Shown here: positions 8,190 to 17,960 of the stretch, one piece after another | Layout: every line of letters begins with the position of its first letter | Numbering within the stretch: position 1 is the first letter of the stretch | DNA from: an uncultured Gemella sp. | GTDB taxonomy: Bacteria; Bacillota; Bacilli; Staphylococcales; Gemellaceae | Reading direction: 5' to 3' | DNA length: 64,000 nt | Assembly (NCBI GenBank): GCA_963525505.1 | Contig: CAURKK010000003.1 | Location: forward strand, 350 to 64,349 | Notes under the pieces: generated by a model | Told to the model about the DNA's origin: nothing | What the model saw: only the letters and a program-made list of their open reading frames with translations | Database searches by the model: none | Position numbers and translations under genes: made by a program

Positions 8190-8735
8190 GCGACAAGTTT
8201 TTATTTTTTTCTTTTTTTCGCTTTCCCTATCCGTGGGGTAAGGACGGTACAAGGGGGCTAGCTTTAAAGCCCCTTGTCCGTATTACCCACATAGGGGGTT
8301 ATTGCCACCTACTAGACTATATACATCGTAGATAGTATATAGTGGGGTGTCTGACAAAAATACTTGTCGTTTCATGTCGTTTAGCAATTCTTAAATGCTA
8401 TTAATCGTTGATTTAATAACTTTTATATACGACAAGTATTTTAATTTGTCGTATTTGTCGTAAAAAAACGACAAGTATATATTAAAAAACACTTTTTGTC
8501 GGGTTGTCGGGTGCCGTCATTTGTCGTTTTTGTCGTTTTTGTCATGAATAAAATAAATATATTTATTTTTTTAAACATGATTTTCACCAGTAAAAATCAA
8601 ATATAAATATTTTATTTTTTATATTTTATGGTTATATGTCGTTTATTTTATCTTAGTATGTATTTTAAAACTAATAAATAAACTTTTTCATTAATACGAC
8701 AACCATTTATAATTTTAAAATGTCGGTGTCGTTTT
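8190..8735. other. Putative replication origin (iterons)
   Basis: About 15 copies of TGTCG/CGACA in both orientations, AT-rich core, GC-rich hairpin ACAAGGGGGCT..AGCCCCTTGT (8249-8278), directly downstream of the AAA Rep gene. Confidence 0.7.
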
Positions 8736-8754
8736 GTTAAATATTATTTTATTT

Positions 8755-9969
8755 TCAATACAAATCATCAATTAAAATGTAAGTATTATCTGCTTTTATA
8801 ACTTCTCCGTCACAGTCTCTAATTTTTCGTTGCAATGTCCTTTCACTTATATCTAAATATTCCTGTAAATCTTTTGAGGTTGGATATTCTCCTTTTAGTT
8901 GTCTAAACTTCTGAATACTTTCAATAATCTGTTTTTTATTAGAAGCTTTATTAATATCTCTTGTTTTACGCTTATCTTTTTTAGGTAGAGTATCAACAGC
9001 CTTTTTCCCTACTTCTAGATTTTCAATATATTCTGATGTTACATTGTATAAATATGGAAAATTAAAATAATAGAAATAATCTTCTGATCCATTTTCTTTT
9101 GATACTATCTTCAGTTTATAAAATTTCCTATGATTAACCATTTTTATCTGTTCATCAATCTCTGCAATAATCTTTTCTTTTTCATAGTCTTCTAAGAAAT
9201 CAAGGGTATTTATTCTCTCTTTTAGTTCAATTATCTCATTTTCTAAACCTTTGCTAATATCAAATTTAAAAGTAGTCAAAATTTCCGGAATGGTACTTTT
9301 CAAATATCCTATTACTTCATCACACTTAATAGTGTCTAAATAATAATCAGAAGGATATAATTCTAAAAATTCAATATATACATCACAAAATAAATGTAAT
9401 TTAGTATATTTAATTTGATTATCTGTTTCTATATTCCCAATTCGCGGTGTAAAATTATCATGTGTAAACACAATAGCAGTATTTAAATTGAAAGCTAATC
9501 TAGATAATGTGGTTTTAACTGGAATACTATTATAATTTTGATTTTCTAATTGTGTACATGTATCAATGGTATCAATTATAATTAGATCATATTTTTCAAA
9601 ACTAGCGTTATTTATAAAATTACATAATTCATCAATTTTATTGAAACTTTCATTTCTAACATCTAAAATTTCTAAATTTTCGTTAACCGCTTCATTTCTT
9701 CCTATTTTTTCTATTGTTTCCACAACATAACTAAATTTACTACTTGTATTAACAAACAGAACTTTCTTACCACTTACTTTAAATCTATCTAACCAATAAC
9801 CATTGTTTATTATACTAATAGCTAAACTTATTACAACACTTGTTTTACAACTGTTAGCGCTCCCGACTAAAGCCATTACTTCCTGTTTATTTAATAAACT
9901 AGTTATTATTTCATCATTATTATTAATTTGAATTACTTCTTTTAATTTTAATGGTTTTATATCTTCCAT
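8755..9969 (-). CDS. AAA/RecA-like ATPase (RepA/AAA_25-like) replication protein with C-terminal HTH
   Basis: Walker A-like GSANSCKT, KVLFVN, Walker B LIIIDT, C-terminal SKDLQEYLDISERTLQRKI HTH. Confidence 0.65.
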   Translation of the reverse strand: MEDIKPLKLKEVIQINNNDEIITSLLNKQEVMALVGSANSCKTSVVISLAISIINNGYWLDRFKVSGKKVLFVNTSSKFSYVVETIEKIGRNEAVNENLEILDVRNESFNKIDELCNFINNASFEKYDLIIIDTIDTCTQLENQNYNSIPVKTTLSRLAFNLNTAIVFTHDNFTPRIGNIETDNQIKYTKLHLFCDVYIEFLELYPSDYYLDTIKCDEVIGYLKSTIPEILTTFKFDISKGLENEIIELKERINTLDFLEDYEKEKIIAEIDEQIKMVNHRKFYKLKIVSKENGSEDYFYYFNFPYLYNVTSEYIENLEVGKKAVDTLPKKDKRKTRDINKASNKKQIIESIQKFRQLKGEYPTSKDLQEYLDISERTLQRKIRDCDGEVIKADNTYILIDDLY

Positions 9970-10017
9970 ATTTTCACCCTTTCTGTGTATATAGTATTCA
10001 TAATCACATCACCTCTT

Positions 10018-10509
10018 TTACATTTCAATACGTAAAGTATTTTCATCTTTGCTGTATGTATCTTTTAGCTTTTCTAGTACTTTAACCGTTATTTCTAAAG
10101 TACTTTTAATTTGCATTTTTAAAATTTGTAAGTCAGTAGGTTTTCCAGTAATTTTCCCAACGTCCAACATTTCAATATATCCTGTTAAGCCTTTTATTTC
10201 TCTGTCAATGATTCTATTTCTAAAAGTTTCACTTTCTTTTATTTTTTGATACTCTGTAACCATGTCTTTGAAAGTAGGTGCTATTGTTAAATATGTTCCA
10301 ACAAACGTTAGCAATAATTCATTATCTCGCTGTAAGGTTTCTAAGCTATCTGTATTGTTATTACCTTGATGTGGTTTTAAAGATACAACACTATTACTCT
10401 TATCAACTATCTTACTTGCTATCTTCTCTAATAACTCTAAACCGTTATAAACCATTTCTTCTGTTGTTCCGTCCTTAATTACTTTTATTTCCATTCTTAT
10501 TATCTCCAT
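10018..10509 (-). CDS. Hypothetical satellite protein
   Basis: 163-aa ORF in the leftward operon; start uncertain. Confidence 0.55.
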   Translation of the reverse strand: MEIIRMEIKVIKDGTTEEMVYNGLELLEKIASKIVDKSNSVVSLKPHQGNNNTDSLETLQRDNELLLTFVGTYLTIAPTFKDMVTEYQKIKESETFRNRIIDREIKGLTGYIEMLDVGKITGKPTDLQILKMQIKSTLEITVKVLEKLKDTYSKDENTLRIEM

Positions 10510-10584
10510 TCTATTTTTATTTTAAGAAGCGGTAATAATACCGTCTTTATTAATTTCTTTGATATGTGCTAGATATCCATTTTT

Positions 10585-10830
10585 TTAAATAGTGTTTTCT
10601 CTTAAAAACTTGTTTACTTCACTTTCAAGATAAATGTACTGCCTACCTACTTTAGTAGGTCTTAAACCACGTTTATTCAAGTCTGATAAGGTATCAACTC
10701 CAATTCCTAAGGTTTCACATAGTTCTTTTTGGTTGTATCGTTTATCTTGCTTTATTTCATCTTGTAAGATGTCTTTCACTATCTCACGTACTGCCTTAAT
10801 CACTTCTTGTTCAAATTCTACACTGAACAT
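10585..10830 (-). CDS. Excisionase-like MerR/HTH_17 DNA-binding protein
   Basis: YNQKELCETLGIGVDTL...GRQYIYLESEVNKFL winged-helix pattern; typical position after cro. Confidence 0.7.
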   Translation of the reverse strand: MFSVEFEQEVIKAVREIVKDILQDEIKQDKRYNQKELCETLGIGVDTLSDLNKRGLRPTKVGRQYIYLESEVNKFLRENTI

Positions 10831-10845
10831 ATAATCACTCTCCTT

Positions 10846-10956
10846 TTAATAAATGCTATCCATTAGCATAGCTAGTATATATATAAATGCTGTTATGAAT
10901 GGTATGAATACCACTACACAACAAAAAGTATTGATGTATAGATCTTTGTTTTCCAT
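10846..10956 (-). CDS. 36-aa small hydrophobic membrane peptide
   Basis: AGGAG SD; MENKDLYINTFCCVVVFIPFITAFIYILAMLMDSIY*; below ORF-track cutoff. Confidence 0.55.
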   Translation of the reverse strand: MENKDLYINTFCCVVVFIPFITAFIYILAMLMDSIY

Positions 10957-11088
10957 ACTTAAAACTCCTTTCTTGTGTTATAATGAAAGAAAGTATTTTT
11001 GTTAAATACTTCTTTTGAAACCTTTTAAGTAGTCTGATTTGGTCGTTGGATACTTGAAAGGTTTTTTGTACTTTTCTGTACTATTGTT

Positions 11089-11301
11089 TTAAAAAAATAA
11101 ACTATCAATTGTTTCATTGGGAAAGTATTCCTTGAAAAAGTTCAATAGTATTACTTTTTCTTTGTCAGTAAATGCCACTAACATTCTTTCTTTACGTCCA
11201 TATACAACATGGTGGATATTAAGTAATTCACTCATTTCTTTTTGTGTTTTACCTAATGCATATCTATAAGAACGTACTTTACTTATTTTGATAGGTTGCA
11301 T
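11089..11301 (-). CDS. Cro-like XRE HTH regulator
   Basis: 70 aa, RYALGKTQKEMSELLNI HTH, divergent from repressor. Confidence 0.8.
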   Translation of the reverse strand: MQPIKISKVRSYRYALGKTQKEMSELLNIHHVVYGRKERMLVAFTDKEKVILLNFFKEYFPNETIDSLFF

Positions 11302-11326
11302 TTTAAAAACTCCTTTCTAATATTTA

Positions 11327-11400
11327 AGTATTTTTCTGTACTTACAATATTAGTTTAGCATTACACTTCTTACTAGTCAAGTACTTTTTTGTACTTTTCT
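11327..11400. promoter_or_regulatory. Putative operators of the repressor/Cro switch
   Basis: AGTAYTTTTYTGTACT-like motif at ~11327 and ~11380, with a related copy at ~11068. Confidence 0.45.
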
Positions 11401-11462
11401 ATTTATTTTTATACTTAATTAGTGTATAATGAGGATATAACTTAATTAAAGAGGAATTATAT

Positions 11463-12080
11463 ATGAAAATAACTGTAAATAAGAAAGCTGTTGGTTCGAG
11501 GATAAAACAAATTAGAATGAATAAAGGTTACACTTTAGAGGCTTTTGGAAAATTGTTTAATGCTAGTAAAGGTAATGTTCAACAATGGGAAAATGGTGTT
11601 TCTTTACCTAATAAAGAAAGATTAGCCAGTATTTCAAAAATAGCTGATATGACTATAAATGAATTATTATATGGTTCTATTGATGAATTTTTAGATAATA
11701 ATTTAGTTTCTATACTAGAATATCAAACTGGAAACAAAGTATCATCTAACGAAGAGTATTCAATCGCTAGACTTCAGTTTAAAAAATGGTTAGAAGATAG
11801 AAATATAACATTAGACAATATCCATTATATTTATGATTATATTGACCAAAATAACGCTACATGGAACCCTTGGAATATTGATATTGAGTATTTAAAAACT
11901 ATGGAAAATATAAGGGTTAATATGCAAAAAGAAACGTATAAACTTGTTGAATTAATCGAAATGTTAACAGAAAAAGATAGAAAACAACTTGCCAAAAAAA
12001 TTATATCAAAACTTAAGACTTATCAATTATCAGATAGTGATAAGAAATATATTCAAAGTTTAGAAAATAACAACAATTAA
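11463..12080 (+). CDS. XRE-family repressor (Stl/CI-like)
   Basis: VGSRIKQIRMNKGYTLEAFG...VQQWENGVSLP N-terminal HTH; no S24 peptidase domain evident. Confidence 0.85.
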   Translation: MKITVNKKAVGSRIKQIRMNKGYTLEAFGKLFNASKGNVQQWENGVSLPNKERLASISKIADMTINELLYGSIDEFLDNNLVSILEYQTGNKVSSNEEYSIARLQFKKWLEDRNITLDNIHYIYDYIDQNNATWNPWNIDIEYLKTMENIRVNMQKETYKLVELIEMLTEKDRKQLAKKIISKLKTYQLSDSDKKYIQSLENNNN

Positions 12081-12316
12081 TATTTTCAACCATCAGTTAA
12101 CAGTTCAAAATGGAAAATCACGCTATTTTTTCCATTTAACTTACTGGTTATCAACTAATAGTTACCTACCACTCAAGAAGCGGTATAATTGTTTAATAAG
12201 GATATTTAACAACTTAATAAAATATAAAAAATCGTAAATAAACCAAAAAATGGGGAAAAACAATCAAAAACAATCAAAAACAAGGCAAAAAGTTAAAAAA
12301 ATTTGATAGTAATCAA

Positions 12317-12450
12317 TTGACAATTATTTTAAAAAATACTAAAATATACATAAGAGATAAGCATATAGGTAGCCTACTTTTAATATGAAAAGGGGTTCTA
12401 TGTGTGCAATACACCGTGTATATTTTAGATATATGCGGTGTTTTTGTTTT
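12317..12450 (+). ncRNA. Promoter + abiF-like hairpin RNA + terminator upstream of Abi gene
   Basis: TTGACA-N17-TAAAAT (12317-12345); hairpin GCATATAG..AGCCT..CTTTT/AAAAG..GGGTT..CTATGTGT; terminator ACACCGTGTATAT/ATATATGCGGTGT+T tract. Confidence 0.65.
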
Positions 12451-12468
12451 AATTAAAGGAGGATAGAT

Positions 12469-13440
12469 GTGAAACCTTTTAAAACTTTAGATCAACAGCT
12501 TAAAATTTTAGAGGATAGAAACCTAAAATTTAAAGATAAAGAAGCAGCTAAACAGTATTTACTGGAATATAATTACTACAATGTTGTAAATGCTTATAGT
12601 AAATTTTTTATAAATTCTGATACCAGTAAATATTATGATGATGTGTATTTTGAAGATATTCTTGAAATACACCACTTTGATAAAGTAATAAAAACTGTTA
12701 TCTTTGAAGGAATAATTGAAGCTGAAAGACACTTTAAGTCGATTTTAGCTTATTGTTACTGTAAACATTTTAAAAATGATTTATATTCATATTTAGATAT
12801 AAAAACATACGGTAGTACGGATATTATAAAAGTAAGTAGACAAATTTCTAACTTTGCCAATACTTTAAATTATTACAAAGAGAAGAAAAAAAATAATAAT
12901 TCAATTAAACATTATTATAAGGTTCATTCAGTTGTACCGTTTTGGGTTTTGGTTGATTATCTTACACTAGGTGAAGTAACATACTTTTATAATTTATTGC
13001 CTGATAAAATAAAAAATGATGTTGCAAAAGAACTGGCGAAGTTTGTTAAAGATAATTTAAGTACCACTTCAATTAAAGATATACACTTTAACGTTATACA
13101 AAAAGGATTAGAAAATCTTACTGAATTAAGGAATATAACAGCACATAATAATAAAATGTTAGAAACTACTCTAAAGAATGATTTACCTTTTTATGCTGAT
13201 ATACATACACCGTTAAATATCCTTAATAGCGATAATAGACAAAGTATTTATAATTCTATACTTTATCTTAAATTTTTTATCAATTATAACCAATATGCAA
13301 AAATTAATAACACTATAAGAAAAAGAATGAATAACCTTAGAGGTAAAATTAAAAATCAAAGTTATACCGATAAATTATTTTCATCTATAGGATTACCTAA
13401 TGAACTTCAGATTATGCAATTAAAAACTAAAAATAATTAA
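12469..13440 (+). CDS. Abi family protein (AbiD/AbiF, Abi_2; HEPN RNase)
   Basis: MKPFKTLDQQLKILEDRNL N-terminus, NYYNVVNAY, VPFWVLVDYLTLG, HEPN RNITAH (Rx4H). Confidence 0.9.
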   Translation: MKPFKTLDQQLKILEDRNLKFKDKEAAKQYLLEYNYYNVVNAYSKFFINSDTSKYYDDVYFEDILEIHHFDKVIKTVIFEGIIEAERHFKSILAYCYCKHFKNDLYSYLDIKTYGSTDIIKVSRQISNFANTLNYYKEKKKNNNSIKHYYKVHSVVPFWVLVDYLTLGEVTYFYNLLPDKIKNDVAKELAKFVKDNLSTTSIKDIHFNVIQKGLENLTELRNITAHNNKMLETTLKNDLPFYADIHTPLNILNSDNRQSIYNSILYLKFFINYNQYAKINNTIRKRMNNLRGKIKNQSYTDKLFSSIGLPNELQIMQLKTKNN

Positions 13441-13783
13441 TTTAGTTTATTTAAAAAATAGAAAAAAGCACCAGTAAAATAAATTACCAGTGCTTTATGG
13501 ATCTAATAAAAATGAAAAAAATATATAAAATGATTTAATACATAGTTTCTATATTAAAGAATATAATAGTATTATACCATACAAATACTGTTATATCAAG
13601 GTTTGCGCTTCTTACTTAAAATTACAAGCCATTTAAACCGCTTCTAAGCGTTCTAATTATTAAAAGGTGTAATTACATTACCTAACCTTTAAAAGTCTTA
13701 CCACGTCCATTATATGAGGTGTTTTTTACCTAATCATTTATTGATTTCTTTGATATGTGCTAGATAGAAAGGAAACGGAAAAA

Positions 13784-14929
13784 ATGATTAAAGAATATAT
13801 AAATAAACGTGATAATAAAAAATATTACATGATTAAAGTTTATCTAGGTAAAGATGAAAACGGAAAAAGAAAAGAAACTACTAGACGTGGTTTTAAAACT
13901 AAAAAAGAAGCGGTACTATGTGAAGCTAAGATTAAAACTGAAATAGCTACTAACGGCTTATTAAATACAGAAGTTACAACATTTAAAGAAATATATGAAT
14001 TATGGTACGAGGGTTACCAACATACTATTAAAGAAAGTACTTTACTAGTCAATCAACATATATTTGATTTATTACTTGCTAAATTAGAGAATATGCAATT
14101 AAAAAAACTTACTCTTCCTTACTGCCAAAAAATTATTAATAATTACAGTAAAAAGTTTTCACTTGCTGTTCTAAAAAAAATAAAGATCTATGGCAGCATG
14201 ATTTTAGATTATGCTGTTAAGATGAAAGTTATATACAGTAACCCAATGAAAGATGTACTATTACCTAAGCAAAAAGATGATATTACTTCAGATGATAAGG
14301 ATAAATATTACTCTAAAGAAGAATTAAAACAATTCCTTACTTTAGTTGATAATGAGGATGATATAAAACTAACTACAATGTTTAGGTTATTAGCTTTTAC
14401 AGGTATTCGTAAGGGTGAATTACAGGCTCTTGAATGGTCTGATATTGACTTTACCAACAATACAATTAATATAAACAAAACGTTAGCATTGAATACAGAA
14501 AAAAAGGTAGTTGTTCAAACTCCAAAAAGTAAAAGTGGTGTAAGAAATATTAGCATTGATGAACAAACCGCAAATATTTTAAAACGTTGGAAAATTAATC
14601 AAAGGGAAAGATTTTTAATGATAGGTACAAGAGTAAAGAAACATCAACCTTGTTTTACTGATGATATCACAAACTCTTATTTATACCTAAATTTCATGAA
14701 TGCTAATTTAAAACGTATTTGTAAAAAGTATGATTTTAAAGAAATTAAAGTACATGGTTTCAGACACACACATTGTAGTTTATTATTTGAAAGTGGTATT
14801 ACTATTCAAGAGGTACAAGAAAGATTAGGTCACTCTGACTTAAAAACAACAATGAGTATTTATGCTCACGTAACAGAAAAACAAAAAGAAGAGGTCGGAA
14901 AAAAGTTCGCAAAATACGTAAATTTTTAA
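13784..14929 (+). CDS. int: Tyrosine integrase
   Basis: Arm-binding N-terminus (TRRGFKTKKEA), TGIRKGE, HGFRHTH, LGH, IYAHV catalytic motifs; start likely ATG 13784. Confidence 0.95.
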   Translation: MIKEYINKRDNKKYYMIKVYLGKDENGKRKETTRRGFKTKKEAVLCEAKIKTEIATNGLLNTEVTTFKEIYELWYEGYQHTIKESTLLVNQHIFDLLLAKLENMQLKKLTLPYCQKIINNYSKKFSLAVLKKIKIYGSMILDYAVKMKVIYSNPMKDVLLPKQKDDITSDDKDKYYSKEELKQFLTLVDNEDDIKLTTMFRLLAFTGIRKGELQALEWSDIDFTNNTININKTLALNTEKKVVVQTPKSKSGVRNISIDEQTANILKRWKINQRERFLMIGTRVKKHQPCFTDDITNSYLYLNFMNANLKRICKKYDFKEIKVHGFRHTHCSLLFESGITIQEVQERLGHSDLKTTMSIYAHVTEKQKEEVGKKFAKYVNF

Positions 14930-14956
14930 AGTGTGGGTCAAGTGTGGGTCAAGTGG
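14929..14956. repeat. Putative integrase arm-type binding sites (right)
   Basis: AAGTGTGGGTC x2 + AAGTGG. Confidence 0.75.
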
Positions 14957-14957
14957 A

Positions 14958-15022
14958 AAAACAAAAAGCCTTAAACGTTGATACTTTAAGGCTTCTCTAA
15001 CTTTATTATTTAGTTTCTCTGT
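14958..15022. repeat. att direct repeat, right copy (rpmG 3' end + terminator)
   Basis: Matches 4299-4363; includes rpmG stop codon and AAGCCTTAAA/TTTAAGGCTT terminator. Confidence 0.93.
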
Positions 15023-15155
15023 GTAAAGTCACTTTTTTTAATCTTGGACAGTATTTTTTAAGTTCAATACGGTCTGGATTATTTCTTTTGTTCTTTTTAG
15101 TAATGTAGTTTCTATCACCACATTCAGTACAAGCTAATGTTACATTTACGCGCAT
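15006..15155 (-). CDS. rpmG: 50S ribosomal protein L33
   Basis: Manual translation [49 protein letters not shown]. Confidence 0.97.
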   Translation of the reverse strand: MRVNVTLACTECGDRNYITKKNKRNNPDRIELKKYCPRLKKVTLHRETK

Positions 15156-15310
15156 TAATATAACCTCCTATAAAATTTAATCTTAACAACTTTTTCATAC
15201 AACAAAATATATTATAACATTACTTTATAATTTTTTCTAGTATAAAATGAAATTTTTTTAATTTTTTTTCGAAGAAATATATTTTTCTAACTACAAAACT
15301 ATTTTTCTAA

Positions 15311-15964
15311 TTATTCACCGAATACTTTATAGTAATCTTGCTTGAATTTTTCTATTCCTATATCTGTTAAAGGGTGTTTAACCATTTGTTTAATTACATT
15401 ATATGGAACAGTAGCTATATCACATCCAAGCTTAGCACATTCAGTTACATGAATTGGGTTCCTTACACTTGCTGCAATAATTTGTGTATCAATATCATTA
15501 TTTGCGAATATTTCCACTATTTCTTCAATTAATAATAAGCCATTCTGTGAAATATCATCTAGTCTTCCTAAAAATGGTGATACATATGTTGCACCTGCTC
15601 TTGCTGCAAGAAGTGCTTGAGTAGGACTAAAAATCAACGTAACATTTGTTTTTATACCTTCATTGTTTAGAACTTTTACTGCTTTTAGTCCATCTTCTGT
15701 CATAGGTATTTTTACAACCATATTAGGGTGAATCTTCGCTATTTCTCTTGCTTCATCCACCATATCTTTCCAATCAGTAGTAGTTGCTTTTACTTCTCCA
15801 CTAATAGGACCATCTACAATTGCTGCAATTTCTTTGATTACTTCAGTAAAGTCTCTCCCTTCTTTTGCAATCAAAGATGGATTAGTGGTAACCCCACAGA
15901 TTACCCCCAATTCATTAGCACTTCTAATATCTTCTACATTGGCTGTATCAATAAAAAATTTCAT
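15311..15964 (-). CDS. fsa: Transaldolase / fructose-6-phosphate aldolase family
   Basis: [33 protein letters not shown]. Confidence 0.9.
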   Translation of the reverse strand: MKFFIDTANVEDIRSANELGVICGVTTNPSLIAKEGRDFTEVIKEIAAIVDGPISGEVKATTTDWKDMVDEAREIAKIHPNMVVKIPMTEDGLKAVKVLNNEGIKTNVTLIFSPTQALLAARAGATYVSPFLGRLDDISQNGLLLIEEIVEIFANNDIDTQIIAASVRNPIHVTECAKLGCDIATVPYNVIKQMVKHPLTDIGIEKFKQDYYKVFGE

Positions 15965-16107
15965 TATTTTATTCCCCTCTCGTTTATTGATATATTAATA
16001 ATAACATATTTTAAAAACGGTTTCAAATATGTGGAGAAAGCCACTCATATTTGTTTATTGTTTTTTAACTCAATATATGATAGAATAACACTATAATTAG
16101 GAGGCAG

Positions 16108-16470
16108 ATGATGAAGAAATTTTTAGAAAAAGTACCATATTTAATTTTTTCTTTCTTTTTATTTATAATACTCCCTCTGTGTTCTTATTTTATATCAAAT
16201 AGATCAGGTATGATAATATTACTTTTAATTATTGTATATCCTGTTATTAGTTTTCTAATATCATTTCTATATGCATATAATAAAGAAGACTTTAGCTATA
16301 TTTTCTCATTTATTATAGGAATTTTTTATAGTATATCTTGTTTAATAATTTTAAACTTCGATATTCTTATATATGGTTTAGGTTATATATTCTTCAGCCT
16401 TTGTGGTCAAGGGACTGGTTTTTTAATTGGGAAGTTTCGAAAACATAAAAAAAGAGCTAAGCAGAGTTAG
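16108..16470 (+). CDS. Small integral membrane protein
   Basis: About 4 hydrophobic segments, AGGAGG SD. Confidence 0.7.
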   Translation: MMKKFLEKVPYLIFSFFLFIILPLCSYFISNRSGMIILLLIIVYPVISFLISFLYAYNKEDFSYIFSFIIGIFYSISCLIILNFDILIYGLGYIFFSLCGQGTGFLIGKFRKHKKRAKQS

Positions 16471-16539
16471 TTAAATTTAATAAAAGAGAAGAAGTATTTA
16501 CGGATTGTAAATAACTTCTTCTCTTTTGTTATCTATACT

Positions 16540-17385
16540 CTATATTTCATACCCTAATAGCATGCCACCTTCTTCACCATAGAAACTACAGATTCCAGAA
16601 GTAGGAACAACGATAAATTCTACATTTGAAAATTTCTCTTTTAATTTATCTTCAATCTTTTTACAAATACTCTCATTATTTCTGTGAGTAATTACTGCAC
16701 GTCCACCTTTATATCCAGCTTTTATCATTTCATCAACTACAGTTGAAACAGCCTTTTTCTCTCCACGAACTTTATGAAGTAAATGTAGCGTTCCTTCATC
16801 ACTTGCTTCACCTACCATACGCATATTTAATAATCCTACTACAGCAGCTGTAAGTTTATTTAAACGACCATTTTTAACTAAATTATCAACTTTTTCTAAC
16901 ACAAAAATAAGTTTAGAATTTTCTTGATATTTCTTCATTTCAGAGACTACTTCGTCAAAAGACAACCCCTCTTTTATTAGCTCATTTATCTTAAGAAGGT
17001 ATAAATCATTTTCTCCACCTGCAGAAAGAGTATCAATGATATGAATATTAACATCTTCATTTTCTTCTTTTAGCATCTTTTCACCAATAATAGCACTATT
17101 ATAACTTCCAGACATTGCTCCAGTTAAAGTAAGTACTATTACATTTTTCGCCCCTCTATAAGCAGCTAAATACGCTTCTGGACTAGGACATGCTGATCTT
17201 GCTGGTTCTGAACTAGCATACATTTCTTCCATCATTTTATCAATATCTAAATCTAATGTATCAACAAAAACTTTATCTTCTATTTGTAACGAAAATGGTA
17301 CTCTTTCATAAGTAACATTTTCTGCTTTATTAGGAATTTCTCTAAAATCACAAGCAGTATCAACTACAATTTTCCACTCCATCAT
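16540..17385 (-). CDS. DegV/FakB fatty-acid-binding protein
   Basis: SACPSP, SGSYNSA, IIDTLSAG, LVKNGRL motifs. Confidence 0.9.
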   Translation of the reverse strand: MMEWKIVVDTACDFREIPNKAENVTYERVPFSLQIEDKVFVDTLDLDIDKMMEEMYASSEPARSACPSPEAYLAAYRGAKNVIVLTLTGAMSGSYNSAIIGEKMLKEENEDVNIHIIDTLSAGGENDLYLLKINELIKEGLSFDEVVSEMKKYQENSKLIFVLEKVDNLVKNGRLNKLTAAVVGLLNMRMVGEASDEGTLHLLHKVRGEKKAVSTVVDEMIKAGYKGGRAVITHRNNESICKKIEDKLKEKFSNVEFIVVPTSGICSFYGEEGGMLLGYEI

Positions 17386-17400
17386 ATACCTCCAAGTATT

Positions 17401-17829
17401 TTAATTTAATTTTTCTAATAAGTCATGTGTTTTTTTATACGATCTTACAGTATCACATGCAGCAACTATTACTTCTGACAAGCCTTCCCTCATTTCTCCA
17501 TTCATACACATAACAAAGTTATTGTACATTGTTTCAGAGCTTTCTTCGACAGTTAAACTATTAATCGTTTTACTTATCTCTTGTATAGAAAATACATTTT
17601 TTAAACATGTAATAACTATCAACCTTGCCAATTGTCTTCGATTATATTTTTTCTTAATCGGTTTATCTAAATGACCATTTTTAACATAATTGTTAATCAT
17701 CGCTGCAGTTAATCCCTTATCATCATCTACAATTGAGGAACTATCCAATTGATTAACATATAGTAAAACTTGGTCTAAATATAAATCAATATTAGGTAAT
17801 TCTGACCATTTCGGATATACTTTGTTCAA
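17401..17829 (-). CDS. DUF1836 family protein
   Basis: WSELPNIDLYLDQV...LTAAMINNYVK. Confidence 0.85.
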   Translation of the reverse strand: MNKVYPKWSELPNIDLYLDQVLLYVNQLDSSSIVDDDKGLTAAMINNYVKNGHLDKPIKKKYNRRQLARLIVITCLKNVFSIQEISKTINSLTVEESSETMYNNFVMCMNGEMREGLSEVIVAACDTVRSYKKTHDLLEKLN

Positions 17830-17960
17830 ATATTTACCTCCTTATAATCTAGTTATGATAATCACATTATATAGTTTTTTAAAACAATAGTCAAGTGATT
17901 ATACAAGTTCAAAAGAAGATTTCACAATAACTACTATTATTGCGAAATCTTCTATATTAT

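Larger units (their letters stand above)
4299..15022. mobile_element. Phage-satellite / PICI-like integrative element (~10.7 kb) inserted at 3' end of rpmG
   Basis: 65-bp direct repeats at both ends containing the rpmG 3' end; tyrosine integrase, divergent repressor/Cro, excisionase-like HTH, AAA Rep, iteron origin, RinA-like regulator; no structural genes. Confidence 0.9.

Noticed and set aside
8105..8335. 76-aa plus-strand ORF and 5' extension of the 200-aa ORF
   Set aside because: Both run through the origin hairpin/iteron region; real start is ATG 8120 with SD
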